From a virus, in the IMG/VR virus record IMGVR_UViG_3300031616_000001, positions 32,001 through 96,000 of that record: a stretch of DNA of 64,000 bases, one strand, 5' to 3'. The number at the start of each line of letters is the position of its first letter. Within the stretch, counting starts at the first letter, position 1. Made by a program: the position numbers and the translations under genes. The notes below the pieces were generated by a model. It saw only the letters and a program-made list of their open reading frames with translations. It had not been told where the DNA came from and made no database searches. Shown one piece after another: positions 53,082 to 62,627 of the stretch.

Positions 53082-54647
53082 TCAAAGGTCCAGCGTGCGG
53101 CGACCATCGGCGCCCGGCACGACTTCCGGCGCGCTTGCCATCCTGGCCCGGCCGTTTGCCCATTGGCGCAGCGCTGCGATACGCTCCGCCGCGGTTCGCA
53201 CTATCGGCACGGTCGCGCCGGCCGCGCTCAACAGGTCAGCGGTTTGCAGCGGCCGCGCGCCGTCAGCGAATGCCGTAAACATGGCGTCAGGCACGAGCGC
53301 GGCCAGCTCGGCGCCAGTGAATTCCGCGGTCGCAGCTGCCACGGCCGCCGCGTCGATGGCATCGGCGTCGCGGCCGTGTTCGCGGAGCGCGGTCTGCACG
53401 ATGGCCGCGCGTTCCGTCGGCGTCGGCACGTCGACGAAAAACACTTCGTCAAACCGACCTTTGCGCATGAGCTCCGGCGGAAGCTTCGAAACGTCATTCG
53501 CAGTCGCGACGACGAACACCGACCCGGCGCGATCCTGCATCCATTGCAGAACCGCGCCCAGCGCGTCCGCACTCACGCCGCCGTCCGCCGCGCCCTGCGT
53601 GGCGCCCCCCATGGCTTTCTCGATCTCGTCAAGCCAGAGGACGCACGGCGCGACCGTCTCGGCGACTTTCAGGGCTTTGCGGATGTTGCCTTCGGACTCG
53701 CCGACCCACTTGGAGCGGAGCGCGCCCATGTCGAGGCGCAGCAGCGGCATACTCCAAGCCGCTGCGATTGCCTTTGCACTGAGCGACTTTCCGCAGCCCG
53801 GAACACCGACGAGCAAAACCCCCTTGGGAGCGCTCAGGCCATAGGCGCGCGCGGCCGGCGTGAACGCGGCGCGGCGCTGCGTCAGCCAGGATTTGAGGTT
53901 TTCCAGTCCGCCGACCCCGTCGAGGCCAGATGCCAGGGGATCGAACCATTCAAGCACGCGTTCACGGGCAATCACGCGCCGTTTCTCTTGCGCTACCGTG
54001 GCCGGGTCAATCCGGCGCGTGGCGATGATGGAGCGCGCAAACGTGCTTTGCGCCTCTTCGGCCGACAGTCCGACGGCCGCATCAATTGCCGCGTCTCGCG
54101 TGCCGTCCGGCGCGGCCGTGGCGCGCATCTCGTCGGGAAGCGCTGCAATTGCCGCGTCAAGGATTTGCCCGACTTCGTCGCGGTCTGGCAAGGGGACATC
54201 AATCACGATTGCATGCCCCTGCAGTTCCGGCGGAACCTCTGCCGAAGGCGTCACGACGACGACGGCGCGCGCGGAGTCGCGAGCGGCAAGCGGAAGCGAG
54301 CGGCAAAGCGAGCGGAGCGCACGGGTTACCGTGGGATCGCGAAGCCACGCCGGCAGATCGCGGAGCACGTAGACGGAACGCGAGCGCGAATCGCGCACGG
54401 CGGCCAGGGCTTGCGCCGGGTCGGTCGCGCGTGAGTCAATGTCGCCGCCCCCGACAATCTGCGTGATCCCGTTCGCGCAGTCCCACGCAATCGGCGCATA
54501 TCCGGCCGATGCGGCGGCGTCGATCACGAGACGTTCGGCGCGTGCCTCTTCGCGCGTCACGAGCCAGATAAGCGGGTTGCGTGCGCGCAGTAGCGCGGCG
54601 ATGTCGGCTGCGCAGCGCGCGCCGGCGGTCTGGGTCTGGGTTGTCAT
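53082..54647 (-). CDS. AAA+ ATPase (Ycf46-like, degenerate N-terminal plus active C-terminal domain)
   Basis: Walker A GVPGCGKS, Walker B VLWLDEIEK, SRH ATAN...LPPELMRKGRFD. Confidence 0.9.
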   Translation of the reverse strand: MTTQTQTAGARCAADIAALLRARNPLIWLVTREEARAERLVIDAAASAGYAPIAWDCANGITQIVGGGDIDSRATDPAQALAAVRDSRSRSVYVLRDLPAWLRDPTVTRALRSLCRSLPLAARDSARAVVVVTPSAEVPPELQGHAIVIDVPLPDRDEVGQILDAAIAALPDEMRATAAPDGTRDAAIDAAVGLSAEEAQSTFARSIIATRRIDPATVAQEKRRVIARERVLEWFDPLASGLDGVGGLENLKSWLTQRRAAFTPAARAYGLSAPKGVLLVGVPGCGKSLSAKAIAAAWSMPLLRLDMGALRSKWVGESEGNIRKALKVAETVAPCVLWLDEIEKAMGGATQGAADGGVSADALGAVLQWMQDRAGSVFVVATANDVSKLPPELMRKGRFDEVFFVDVPTPTERAAIVQTALREHGRDADAIDAAAVAAATAEFTGAELAALVPDAMFTAFADGARPLQTADLLSAAGATVPIVRTAAERIAALRQWANGRARMASAPEVVPGADGRRTLDL

Positions 54648-54650
54648 GAC

Positions 54651-54911
54651 TCAGGCCCCCAACATCAGGAACAGGGAAGCCGCGCCGGCCACACCCAGCG
54701 CCACCGAGAACAGGACCGCGGCCAGGGTGTTACCCGACTGGGCCCGGGCCGGCGCGTTCCGCGGCGCGGCGCGCTTGCTGTCGCGGCGCTCGAGCACGCG
54801 GCGCCAGTCGTCGCGCTCCGATTGCAGGGCCATGGAGCGGGCTTGCTGCTGAATGGCAAGCACTGCCTGCTGTTCGTTGAAATAGACCTCGGTGCGAATG
54901 GTGCGTGACAT
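54651..54911 (-). CDS. Hypothetical protein with C-terminal TM segment, first gene of operon
   Basis: AGGAG RBS downstream of promoter. Confidence 0.55.
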   Translation of the reverse strand: MSRTIRTEVYFNEQQAVLAIQQQARSMALQSERDDWRRVLERRDSKRAAPRNAPARAQSGNTLAAVLFSVALGVAGAASLFLMLGA

Positions 54912-55005
54912 TTTTAGAACTCCTGCGGGCTTTGCAGTGCATGCCGCTTTGGATCACCCGGAACCGCCGGGCCGCTGCACTAGTTGTCGGTTAGCGCATG
55001 AATGA

Positions 55006-55044
55006 ACTATAGCAGCGCAAAGGCGAAACGCAAGCAATGCTAAA
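55006..55044 (-). promoter_or_regulatory. Leftward sigma70-like promoter with operator, near copy of 14854-14892
   Basis: 35/39 identical; TTGCGT-16nt-TATAGT; AGCAATGCT. Confidence 0.75.
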
Positions 55045-55489
55045 GTTAAAACGTGAAATAGTTGCGCGTTCCCCTGCATCTGAATGGGAGTGCAAGCGCG
55101 CTGCTGTCCTACAGACAATGGCGCCGATCGACCCAGATACAGTACATTTCCGCTATTGTCTGCAGCTAGTCGCCACTCAGGCACTGCAGTAGGCAAGCCC
55201 GCTGCGACCGGTTCCGGTTCGCGCAGCCCCCACTAGATTGACCCTCGCAAGCGCGCCCACTCGGCGCGCTGCACTGCCATGCGCGCCGCTCCCTGGTCCG
55301 ATCAGATCGGAGCGCGCTGGCCGCTTTCCCCTGCAGCTCTGCCCGTGTGTCTCACGCAGCAGCGCGCGCACGCCATGCGCTGACCCCCGCAACGACCGAC
55401 CGTGCCGACCATCGCGAACCGATGGCCGCGCGTCGGGTTGCGCTCGTCCGCCATGCAAAGCGCGTCGCTTCGTTTCATATGGGCCGGAA

Positions 55490-55650
55490 CGGCATGGGGG
55501 CCGGGTCGGATTGGTCCGAGTGGCGCCAGCTCAGGACCCGGGGGGGTGGGTTCGGAACTGCGCGGGCCCGGGCGAAAACACCGGTCGTGCCGAGTCAGAC
55601 GCATCGCGTCAGTTGCGAAGGTATTTTTTGCAGGGGGTCGAAGGGGTCGC
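55490..55650. other. Candidate cos/packaging-initiation region
   Basis: Non-coding G-run region upstream of HNH and terS; position-based inference. Confidence 0.35.
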
Positions 55651-55653
55651 CAG

Positions 55654-55998
55654 ATGGTTTGGAATCGAGGCACCGCCGAATCGCGCGGCTATGGACCGGC
55701 ATGGCGCAAGTTGCGCGTGAGGATCCTGAAGCGGGACGGCTTCGTTTGCCAGTGCTCAGATTGCAAATCGGCGTTTCTGGTGACCGAGGCAACCGAGGTT
55801 GATCACGTCCTGAGCAAAGCCAAATGGCTGAAGAGATTCGGCAATCTGGTCGGCGTTGACGACCCAACCAACCTCCAGGCCATCAATCGCGACTGCCACA
55901 AGCGCAAGACCGCGATCGAGATGGGCCTGCGACTCAAAGGTGGATGCGACGTGACCGGCTGGCCACAAGGCATCGACCACCCGTGGAATGTGAAGTGA
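55654..55998 (+). CDS. Terminase-associated HNH endonuclease
   Basis: RGYG..WRKLR..IL.RD...CQC, ATEVDH, NLQ.I...CH..KT. Confidence 0.9.
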   Translation: MVWNRGTAESRGYGPAWRKLRVRILKRDGFVCQCSDCKSAFLVTEATEVDHVLSKAKWLKRFGNLVGVDDPTNLQAINRDCHKRKTAIEMGLRLKGGCDVTGWPQGIDHPWNVK

Positions 55999-56004
55999 CA
56001 TCGA

Positions 56005-56490
56005 ATGGCGAATCCTCGAAAGCCCACTGACCTGAAGTTGGTCGCGGGCACGACGCGGAAGGATCGATCCAATCCCACCGAGCCGAAACCAGACAAGGTA
56101 GCGCCGGTATGCCCGGCGCATATGAGCGACGAGTGCAAGGTGTACTGGGGTCGCGTCTGCGTCGAGTTGGAAATGATGGGCGTGCTCACGCGAGCCGACG
56201 GTATCGCGCTCGAGCAACTGGTCTACCTGTACCAGGAGAGCGTCACCCTCAAGGGCATCCTGGCCAAGGAAGGTCGCACGTACCAGGTCAAGGCGACGAA
56301 CGGCGAAGTCGTGTGGAAGAAGCACCCGGCGGCCGACATGCTCAAGGACATCCTCGTGGAGTTGCGTCACAGCCGCTCCGAGTTCGGCTTGAGCCCCGCA
56401 TCCCGCACCAAGGTGCACACGGTCCCGACCGGTGGCAACAAGAACCCCGCGGAAGCCCCGAAGCAGCCCGCCTCGGCCTACCTTACCTGA
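56005..56490 (+). CDS. terS: Terminase small subunit (P27 family)
   Basis: KPT.LK...GT, KHPA, EFGLSPASR. Confidence 0.9.
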   Translation: MANPRKPTDLKLVAGTTRKDRSNPTEPKPDKVAPVCPAHMSDECKVYWGRVCVELEMMGVLTRADGIALEQLVYLYQESVTLKGILAKEGRTYQVKATNGEVVWKKHPAADMLKDILVELRHSRSEFGLSPASRTKVHTVPTGGNKNPAEAPKQPASAYLT

Positions 56491-58234
56491 CCCGGTCACG
56501 GCGTACGCGCTCTCCGTCGTCAACGGCGAGACGCTCGCCGGGCCGAATGTCAGAGGAGCCTGCCGGCGCCATCTCGCGGATCTGAAGGAGGGCAAGGCGC
56601 GCGGGCTCCGGTTCGACCTGGTTTTGGTCAACCGCGCGATCGGCTTCTTCCGCGATGTCTTGCGCCTGAACGGCGGCGAACACGAGGGCCGGCCGTTCCA
56701 CCTCGAACCGTGGCAAGCCTTCATCGTCGGCAGCCTCTTTGGCTGGCTTGGATCCGACGGCTTCCGCAGATTCCGCACCGCCTACATCGAGATCGGCAAG
56801 GGCAACGGCAAGTCGCCGCTGTGCGCCGGCATCGGCCTGTACTGCCTGTGCGCGGACAACGAGCCGCGAGCCGAGGTGTACGCGGCGGCGACGAAGAAGG
56901 ACCAGGCAATGATCCTGTTCCGTGACGCCGTCGCGATGGTGAACCAGTCGCCCGAGCTTCACGCGAAGATCGCGCAGACCGGCGGCCAGAACCCATGGAA
57001 TCTGAGCTACGGCGGCAGCTTCTTTCGTGCCATCAGCTCCGACGACGGTCAGTCCGGGCCGCGGCCGCATTGCTCGCTGATCGACGAGGTGCACGAGCAC
57101 ACCAACTCCGGCGTCGTTGACATGCTCGGCTTGGGCCAGAAGGGGCGCCGGCAGCCACTGACGGTAGAGATCACGAACAGCGGGTTCGACCGCACCTCGA
57201 TCTGCTTCCAGCATCACGAGTACAGCGGCCGCGTCACCTCCGGCATGGAGGAAAACGACGAGTGGTTCGCGTACGTCTGCGGGCTGGACGAGGGCGACGA
57301 TCCGATGAAGGACGAGTCGTGCTGGCCGAAGGCCAACCCGAACCTCGGCGTCTCGGTCACGCTCAAGTACCTGCGCAAGGAGGTGCGCGAAGCCATCGGC
57401 ATGCCGGCCAAGGCATCGATCGTCAAGCGCCTCAACTTCTGCGTTTGGGTCGACGCCGAGAATCCGTGGATCGAGGGTCCGCTGTGGATGGCGTGCGAGG
57501 ACAAGTTCGACGCGATCTCAGAGTTGCAGCAATGCAGCGAGGTCGTCGGTGCTCTCGACCTTTCGGGCACGCGAGATCTGACGGCATTGGCCTTGGCAGG
57601 TCTCGTCGAGACCGTCATCACCTGCGTGGTCGAGTTCTGGACGCCGAAGGACACGCTGATCGAGCGCGCGCGCACCGATCGCGTTCCCTACGACTCGTGG
57701 GTCGAGGACGGCTACATGACGGCGACGCCAGGTCGCAACGTCGACTATGGTTTCGTCGCCCAGCGCCTCAGCGAGCTCCAGGTCATCTTGCCGTCGTTCC
57801 GCAGGCTGTGCTTCGACCCGTACCGGATCAAGTACCTCGAGAAGGAGCTCGATGAGCTCGGCATCGAGATTGAGCTGATCCCGCACGGGCAGGGCTACTA
57901 CAAGGCGCACGACAAGCCGTCGGAAGATCAGAAGAAGGCCAAGGCCGGCGACAAGCCGCGGCCCAACATGTGGATGCCGCGGTCGATCGAGCTGCTCGAG
58001 AAGGCCATCCCGGAGAAGCGCTTCCGCGTTCAGCGCAACCCGTGCCTGACCTGGAATAGCGCGTCGGCCGTGCTGGAGGCCGACTCGAAAAACAATCGCA
58101 TCTTCTCGAAGCGCAAGTCGCGAGGCCGCATCGACGGACTCGTGGCAGCCGCGATGGCCACGGGACTTCTTCACGAAGACGCGCCGCCACCGAAGAAGCG
58201 CGAGTTCCAGCTGTTCACGCTGGGCGGGCGATAG
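56432..58234 (+). CDS. terL: Terminase large subunit
   Basis: LEPWQ.F, KGNGKS, IDEVHEH, KANPNLG, DLS, RIDGLVA. Confidence 0.95.
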   Translation: MATRTPRKPRSSPPRPTLPDPVTAYALSVVNGETLAGPNVRGACRRHLADLKEGKARGLRFDLVLVNRAIGFFRDVLRLNGGEHEGRPFHLEPWQAFIVGSLFGWLGSDGFRRFRTAYIEIGKGNGKSPLCAGIGLYCLCADNEPRAEVYAAATKKDQAMILFRDAVAMVNQSPELHAKIAQTGGQNPWNLSYGGSFFRAISSDDGQSGPRPHCSLIDEVHEHTNSGVVDMLGLGQKGRRQPLTVEITNSGFDRTSICFQHHEYSGRVTSGMEENDEWFAYVCGLDEGDDPMKDESCWPKANPNLGVSVTLKYLRKEVREAIGMPAKASIVKRLNFCVWVDAENPWIEGPLWMACEDKFDAISELQQCSEVVGALDLSGTRDLTALALAGLVETVITCVVEFWTPKDTLIERARTDRVPYDSWVEDGYMTATPGRNVDYGFVAQRLSELQVILPSFRRLCFDPYRIKYLEKELDELGIEIELIPHGQGYYKAHDKPSEDQKKAKAGDKPRPNMWMPRSIELLEKAIPEKRFRVQRNPCLTWNSASAVLEADSKNNRIFSKRKSRGRIDGLVAAAMATGLLHEDAPPPKKREFQLFTLGGR

Positions 58235-58274
58235 CGCACTGACGCCGCCGAGACGAAGACACCAACCTCATACG

Positions 58275-58297
58275 AACCCGCCCTCGAGGCGGGTTTT
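58275..58297 (+). terminator. Terminator-like hairpin after terL
   Basis: aacccgcc-ctcga-ggcgggtttt. Confidence 0.65.
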
Positions 58298-58314
58298 GCA
58301 TTTCTGGAGCTCAC

Positions 58315-60333
58315 ATGCCCCAAAGCACCCGTTCCAACCCGACGCGGGCGTACTCGACGTTCGACATCAAGTCGATCAGCGAGGACAAGCGAATCATCAC
58401 CGGCATCGCGTCGACGCCGTCGGTCGATCGCATGGACGACATCGTCGAGCCGATGGGCGCGCAGTTCAAGCTGCCGCTGCCCCTGCTCTGGCAGCACGAC
58501 TCGCATTGCCCGGTCGGTCAGGTCATCGCCGCCAAGGCCACGAAGGCCGGCATCGAAGTGACTTGCCAGTTTGCGCAAGTCGACGAACCGCCGAGCCTGA
58601 AGGACGACCTCGACCGCGCGTGGGCGCAGGTCAAGGCAAAGCTGGTCCGCGGCTTCTCCATCGGCTTCAGTGCCCTCGAGTCGATCGACATCGAAGGCAC
58701 CTGGGGCCGTCGCTTCACGAAGTGGGACTGGCTCGAGCTGAGCGCCGTGACGATTCCGGCCAACGCCGACTGTTCCATTCAAACCATCAAGTCCGTCGAC
58801 ACGGAAACGCGGGCCGCGCTTGGCCTCACGCGAAAGGGTGTCGTTCGTCTTGCAGACCCTCCCGGCGCTTCGGGAAAGACCAGTGCACAGCCCGCCTCAA
58901 GCGGGCTTTTTGTTGCCTCAACCACTCCCGAAGGAAAGCTCACCATGAAGACCCTCGCTGAACGTATTGCCGAGTTCAAGGCCCGCAAGGCCGAGAACCT
59001 CAAGGCCCTCCAAGTCATCGTCGACAAGACCCTCGAGTCCGGCGAAACGCTGGATGCCGAGACCAAGCAGAAGCAGGCCGATCTCCGCGCGGAGAACACG
59101 ACCATCGACGAGCACGTCACGATGCTCGAGCAGCACGAGAAGGACATGCTGGCCACCGCCACGGAAGTGACGCCGGCGAACACCACGCCGCGCGGCACCA
59201 GCGTCGACCGCCCGGGCGCCGTCGTCGTGGCCGTCAAGTCGAACCTGCCGAAGGGCATCGGCTTCGCGCGCATCGCGCAGGCCATCCTGCACTCCAAGGG
59301 CAACATCGGCCAAGCCGCGGAAATCGCCAAGCGCTGGTCCGACGCGCCGGAGATCTCGCGCGTGCTGCACGCCATGTCGAGCGCCGGCTCCACCAACCTG
59401 AAGGCTGCCGTTGCCGTCGGCGACAGCAACACCTCGGGTTGGGCGAGCCAACTCGTCTACTACAACGACCTGGCGAGCGAGTTCTACGGCCTGCTGTACC
59501 CGAAGACCATCATCGGTCGCATCCCCGGCCTGCGTCGCATCCCGTTCAACGTCCGCATCGGTGGTACCTCGTCGGGCTCGAGCTCGGCGTGGGTCGGCGA
59601 GAACAACCCCATCCCGGCCAGCGCGCTGGCGTTCACCTCGGTGACGCTGGGACACGCGAAGGCCGCCAGCCTGGTGGTGTTCACGCGTGAACTCGCGACG
59701 ATGTCGAATCCGCAGGCCGAAATGGTCGTGCGCGACGACATGCTGTCGACGATGACGAAGTTCGCCGACGAGCAGTTCATCAACCCCGCGGTGGCGGCCA
59801 GCGCGAACGTCAGCCCGGCGTCCATCACCAACGGTGCGACGGCGGTCGCCTCTGCCGGCAACTCGGTGGCGAACATCTACACCGACGTGTCGACCATCAA
59901 GAAGCTGTTCACCGCGGCCAACCTGGACATGGACGACCTGGTCTGGGTGATGCGTCCGGACGTTGCGCTGGACCTGCAGATGAAGCGCACGTCGCAGGAC
60001 CTGCCGATCTTCCCGGACATCACGATGGACGGTGGTCGCTGGTTCGGTCTGCCGGTGGTGACGTCGAACTCGGTACCGACCTCGGTGTCGGGCGGCTCGA
60101 TCATCGCGCTGGTCAAGGCCAGCGAGGTGTACTTCGCCGATGACGGCGGCATGACCATGGACTACACGCAAGAGGCGTCGGTCCAGATGCTGACCAACCC
60201 GGCGACTGGCGCGCAGTCGCTGGTGTCGCTGTTCCAGAACGATCTCGTTGGCCTGCGCGCCATCCGCGAGATGAACTGGCAGCGTCGCCGTGCGGCGGGC
60301 GTCGCGTACATCGACGGCGTTTCGTACGCCTGA
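58315..60333 (+). CDS. Prohead protease fused to HK97-fold major capsid protein
   Basis: LLWQHD, GFSIGF, ELSAVTIPAN protease motifs; coiled coil; capsid domain ending FQND.VGLRA. Confidence 0.92.
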   Translation: MPQSTRSNPTRAYSTFDIKSISEDKRIITGIASTPSVDRMDDIVEPMGAQFKLPLPLLWQHDSHCPVGQVIAAKATKAGIEVTCQFAQVDEPPSLKDDLDRAWAQVKAKLVRGFSIGFSALESIDIEGTWGRRFTKWDWLELSAVTIPANADCSIQTIKSVDTETRAALGLTRKGVVRLADPPGASGKTSAQPASSGLFVASTTPEGKLTMKTLAERIAEFKARKAENLKALQVIVDKTLESGETLDAETKQKQADLRAENTTIDEHVTMLEQHEKDMLATATEVTPANTTPRGTSVDRPGAVVVAVKSNLPKGIGFARIAQAILHSKGNIGQAAEIAKRWSDAPEISRVLHAMSSAGSTNLKAAVAVGDSNTSGWASQLVYYNDLASEFYGLLYPKTIIGRIPGLRRIPFNVRIGGTSSGSSSAWVGENNPIPASALAFTSVTLGHAKAASLVVFTRELATMSNPQAEMVVRDDMLSTMTKFADEQFINPAVAASANVSPASITNGATAVASAGNSVANIYTDVSTIKKLFTAANLDMDDLVWVMRPDVALDLQMKRTSQDLPIFPDITMDGGRWFGLPVVTSNSVPTSVSGGSIIALVKASEVYFADDGGMTMDYTQEASVQMLTNPATGAQSLVSLFQNDLVGLRAIREMNWQRRRAAGVAYIDGVSYA

Positions 60334-60380
60334 TCCTGACTGAGGCGGTCCATCCGGACCGCCTCAACGCGTCGAAATCG

Positions 60381-60404
60381 AAGAGCCGCCCCCGGGCGGC
60401 TTTT
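60381..60404 (+). terminator. Terminator after capsid gene
   Basis: agccgccc/gggcggctttt. Confidence 0.7.
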
Positions 60405-60437
60405 CCGTTTCTGCGCTAGCGCGACGAAGGATCCCAG

Positions 60438-60692
60438 ATGAGCATTCGAATGATCTCGATCGGCTCGCACCGCTACGCCGGTGTCTGGCTCAAGGCGGGT
60501 GACCAATTCACGGTTGCCAACGAGCGCGACGCCAAAGAACTGATTCGCCAGGGCTTCGCGCAGCGCGGCAAGTCAGTTACCGCCCAGACGTACGACACGC
60601 GTGTCCTCACCGCGTCGACCGCCGCGCCCGCGGCTTCCGGCGACGCGCAGGCGAAGCGCGGGTACCGGCATCGCAACTCGACGGCGCGATGA
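60438..60692 (+). CDS. Small head-associated hypothetical protein
   Basis: AAGGA RBS; LKAGD.F.V....AKELI..G.A. Confidence 0.6.
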   Translation: MSIRMISIGSHRYAGVWLKAGDQFTVANERDAKELIRQGFAQRGKSVTAQTYDTRVLTASTAAPAASGDAQAKRGYRHRNSTAR

Positions 60693-60907
60693 ACAAGGTC
60701 GAGACGGTCGAATTCGGCGGCGCCGCCAAGCCGGATGCCTCGGGCGTCGTGGTCCTTGTCGCGCTCGCACTTCTCGTCATTGGCGTCGCGATGGCAGTCG
60801 TTGGCGTCGACATGCTCTTCGGCCGCGGCTGGGCGTTGCTGACCGCGGCTCCGCTCCCGATCCTCCTGGCAGTCATTCTCTTCAACGGGGTGAAGCGTGG
60901 CCGCTAG
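60689..60907 (+). CDS. Small two-TM protein preceding portal
   Basis: Hydrophobic; coupled. Confidence 0.55.
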   Translation: MNKVETVEFGGAAKPDASGVVVLVALALLVIGVAMAVVGVDMLFGRGWALLTAAPLPILLAVILFNGVKRGR

Positions 60908-62627
60908 AAACTCCCTGTTCAGCGCGCTCGCGCGCGGCCTCTCGTCGATCAGCAAGGCCGTCGTCCCAGTCACGCGGCCGCCGGCGAGCTCCGTCAGCCA
61001 GAGCCCCAGCTGGTGGGGCAGCATCCGCGAGTCGTTCGCCGGCGCCTGGCAGCAGAACGCCATCGTTGCCGATCCGCACCACACGCTGCTCGCGTTCTCC
61101 GCGGTCTACTCCTGCGTGACGCTGATCGCTGCCGACATCAGCAAGCTCCGCATCAAGCTCGTCGCCTTCGACAAGGGCGTGTGGACGGAAACGCAGAACG
61201 GGGCCTTCAGCCCGGTGCTGCGCAAGCCCAACAACTATCAGACGCGCATCCAGTTCATCAGCCAGTGGGTGCAATCCAAGCTGATCTACGGCAATGCGTA
61301 CGTCCTGAAAGAGCGCGACGCGCGCGGCATCGTCGTCGCCATGTACTGCCTGGACCCGCGGCTGGTAAAAGCGCTGGTCACCGACAACGGCGAGGTTTTC
61401 TACGACGTCGGCACCGACCGCCTGCTGGGCCGCATCACGTCGTTCACCGTGCCGGCCAGCGAGATCATCCACGACCGCGCGGTGTGCTTCTTCCACCCGC
61501 TGGTCGGCATCGGCCCGCTGTACGCCTGCGGTATCAGTGCGACCCAAGGCAATCGCATCCAGCAGAACTCGGCGCGGTTCTTCGAGAACATGAGCCGTCC
61601 GTCGGGGATGCTGACGGCGCCGGAAACCATCAGCGATGAAGTCGCACTGCGGCTGAAGGCGGAGTTCGAAGCCAACTTCAGCGGCGCCAATATTGGCCGC
61701 CTGCTCGTCGCCGGCGACGGTCTCAAGTACGAGGCGATGACGATTCCCGCAGAGCAGGCGCAACTCATCGAGCAGCTGCGGTGGACCGTCGAAGACGTGG
61801 CGCGCTGCTTCCACGTGCCGCTGCACAAGATCGCCAGCGACACCGGCGTCAAGTTCAACAACATGGCGGCGATGAATCAGGACTACTACAGCCAGACGCT
61901 GCAGGAGCTGATCGAAGGCATCGAGTTGCTGCTCGACGAAGGCCTGGGCTTGACCGGTGGTCCGCAAGTGCTCGGCGTTGAGCTCGACCTCGAGGGCCTG
62001 CTGCGCATGGATCCCGTGCAGCGCGCTCAGCGCAACGAGAGCGCGATGAATGCCGGCTACATGGCGCCAGACGAAGCCCGCGCGTCGGAGAACCTGCCGC
62101 CGGTTGCCGGTGGTGCCGGCAAAGAGCCCTTCATGCAGCAGCAGAAGTTCCCGTTGTCGGTGCTCATCCAGCAGGCAGCTCCTGGCAGCACGCCAGCACC
62201 GGCGCCGGCAACAGATCCGGTCCCAGATCCGAATGCCGCCGCAGCCGCAGCCGCGGCCGCGCAGGCCGCGAAGTCGGTCGACGACCTGCAGCAGGCTGTG
62301 ACGGCAACCATGGACCGCGTGTCGGCCAGCGTCGCAGAGATCATGACGCGCGCCGCCGAGACTGCGGCCGAGCAAGCGGCGCGGGCCGCCGCGCGCGTCG
62401 CTGAGCTCGAGACAGCAGCCGAGCGTCGCCATGCCGATCAACTCGCGATCCTCGCCCGCGTCGAGGACGAGATCGAGAGTGAGCGGAAGGCGCTGATCGA
62501 AGAGCGTGCGCGCGTCGCCGACGAGAAGCGGGTCGCCGCCGCGTCGGCAGATCTCCATGAGGTCGATGCCGAGGATCTCGCACAGGCACTGATCGCGAAG
62601 TTCACCGAGGCGGCGCGTGAGCAATGA
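60897..62627 (+). CDS. HK97-family portal protein with long C-terminal extension
   Basis: AVYSCV..IA.DI, KPN.YQT, GNAY, SEIIH, FF.N..RPSG, EAR..ENLPP. Confidence 0.92.
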   Translation: MAARNSLFSALARGLSSISKAVVPVTRPPASSVSQSPSWWGSIRESFAGAWQQNAIVADPHHTLLAFSAVYSCVTLIAADISKLRIKLVAFDKGVWTETQNGAFSPVLRKPNNYQTRIQFISQWVQSKLIYGNAYVLKERDARGIVVAMYCLDPRLVKALVTDNGEVFYDVGTDRLLGRITSFTVPASEIIHDRAVCFFHPLVGIGPLYACGISATQGNRIQQNSARFFENMSRPSGMLTAPETISDEVALRLKAEFEANFSGANIGRLLVAGDGLKYEAMTIPAEQAQLIEQLRWTVEDVARCFHVPLHKIASDTGVKFNNMAAMNQDYYSQTLQELIEGIELLLDEGLGLTGGPQVLGVELDLEGLLRMDPVQRAQRNESAMNAGYMAPDEARASENLPPVAGGAGKEPFMQQQKFPLSVLIQQAAPGSTPAPAPATDPVPDPNAAAAAAAAAQAAKSVDDLQQAVTATMDRVSASVAEIMTRAAETAAEQAARAAARVAELETAAERRHADQLAILARVEDEIESERKALIEERARVADEKRVAAASADLHEVDAEDLAQALIAKFTEAAREQ

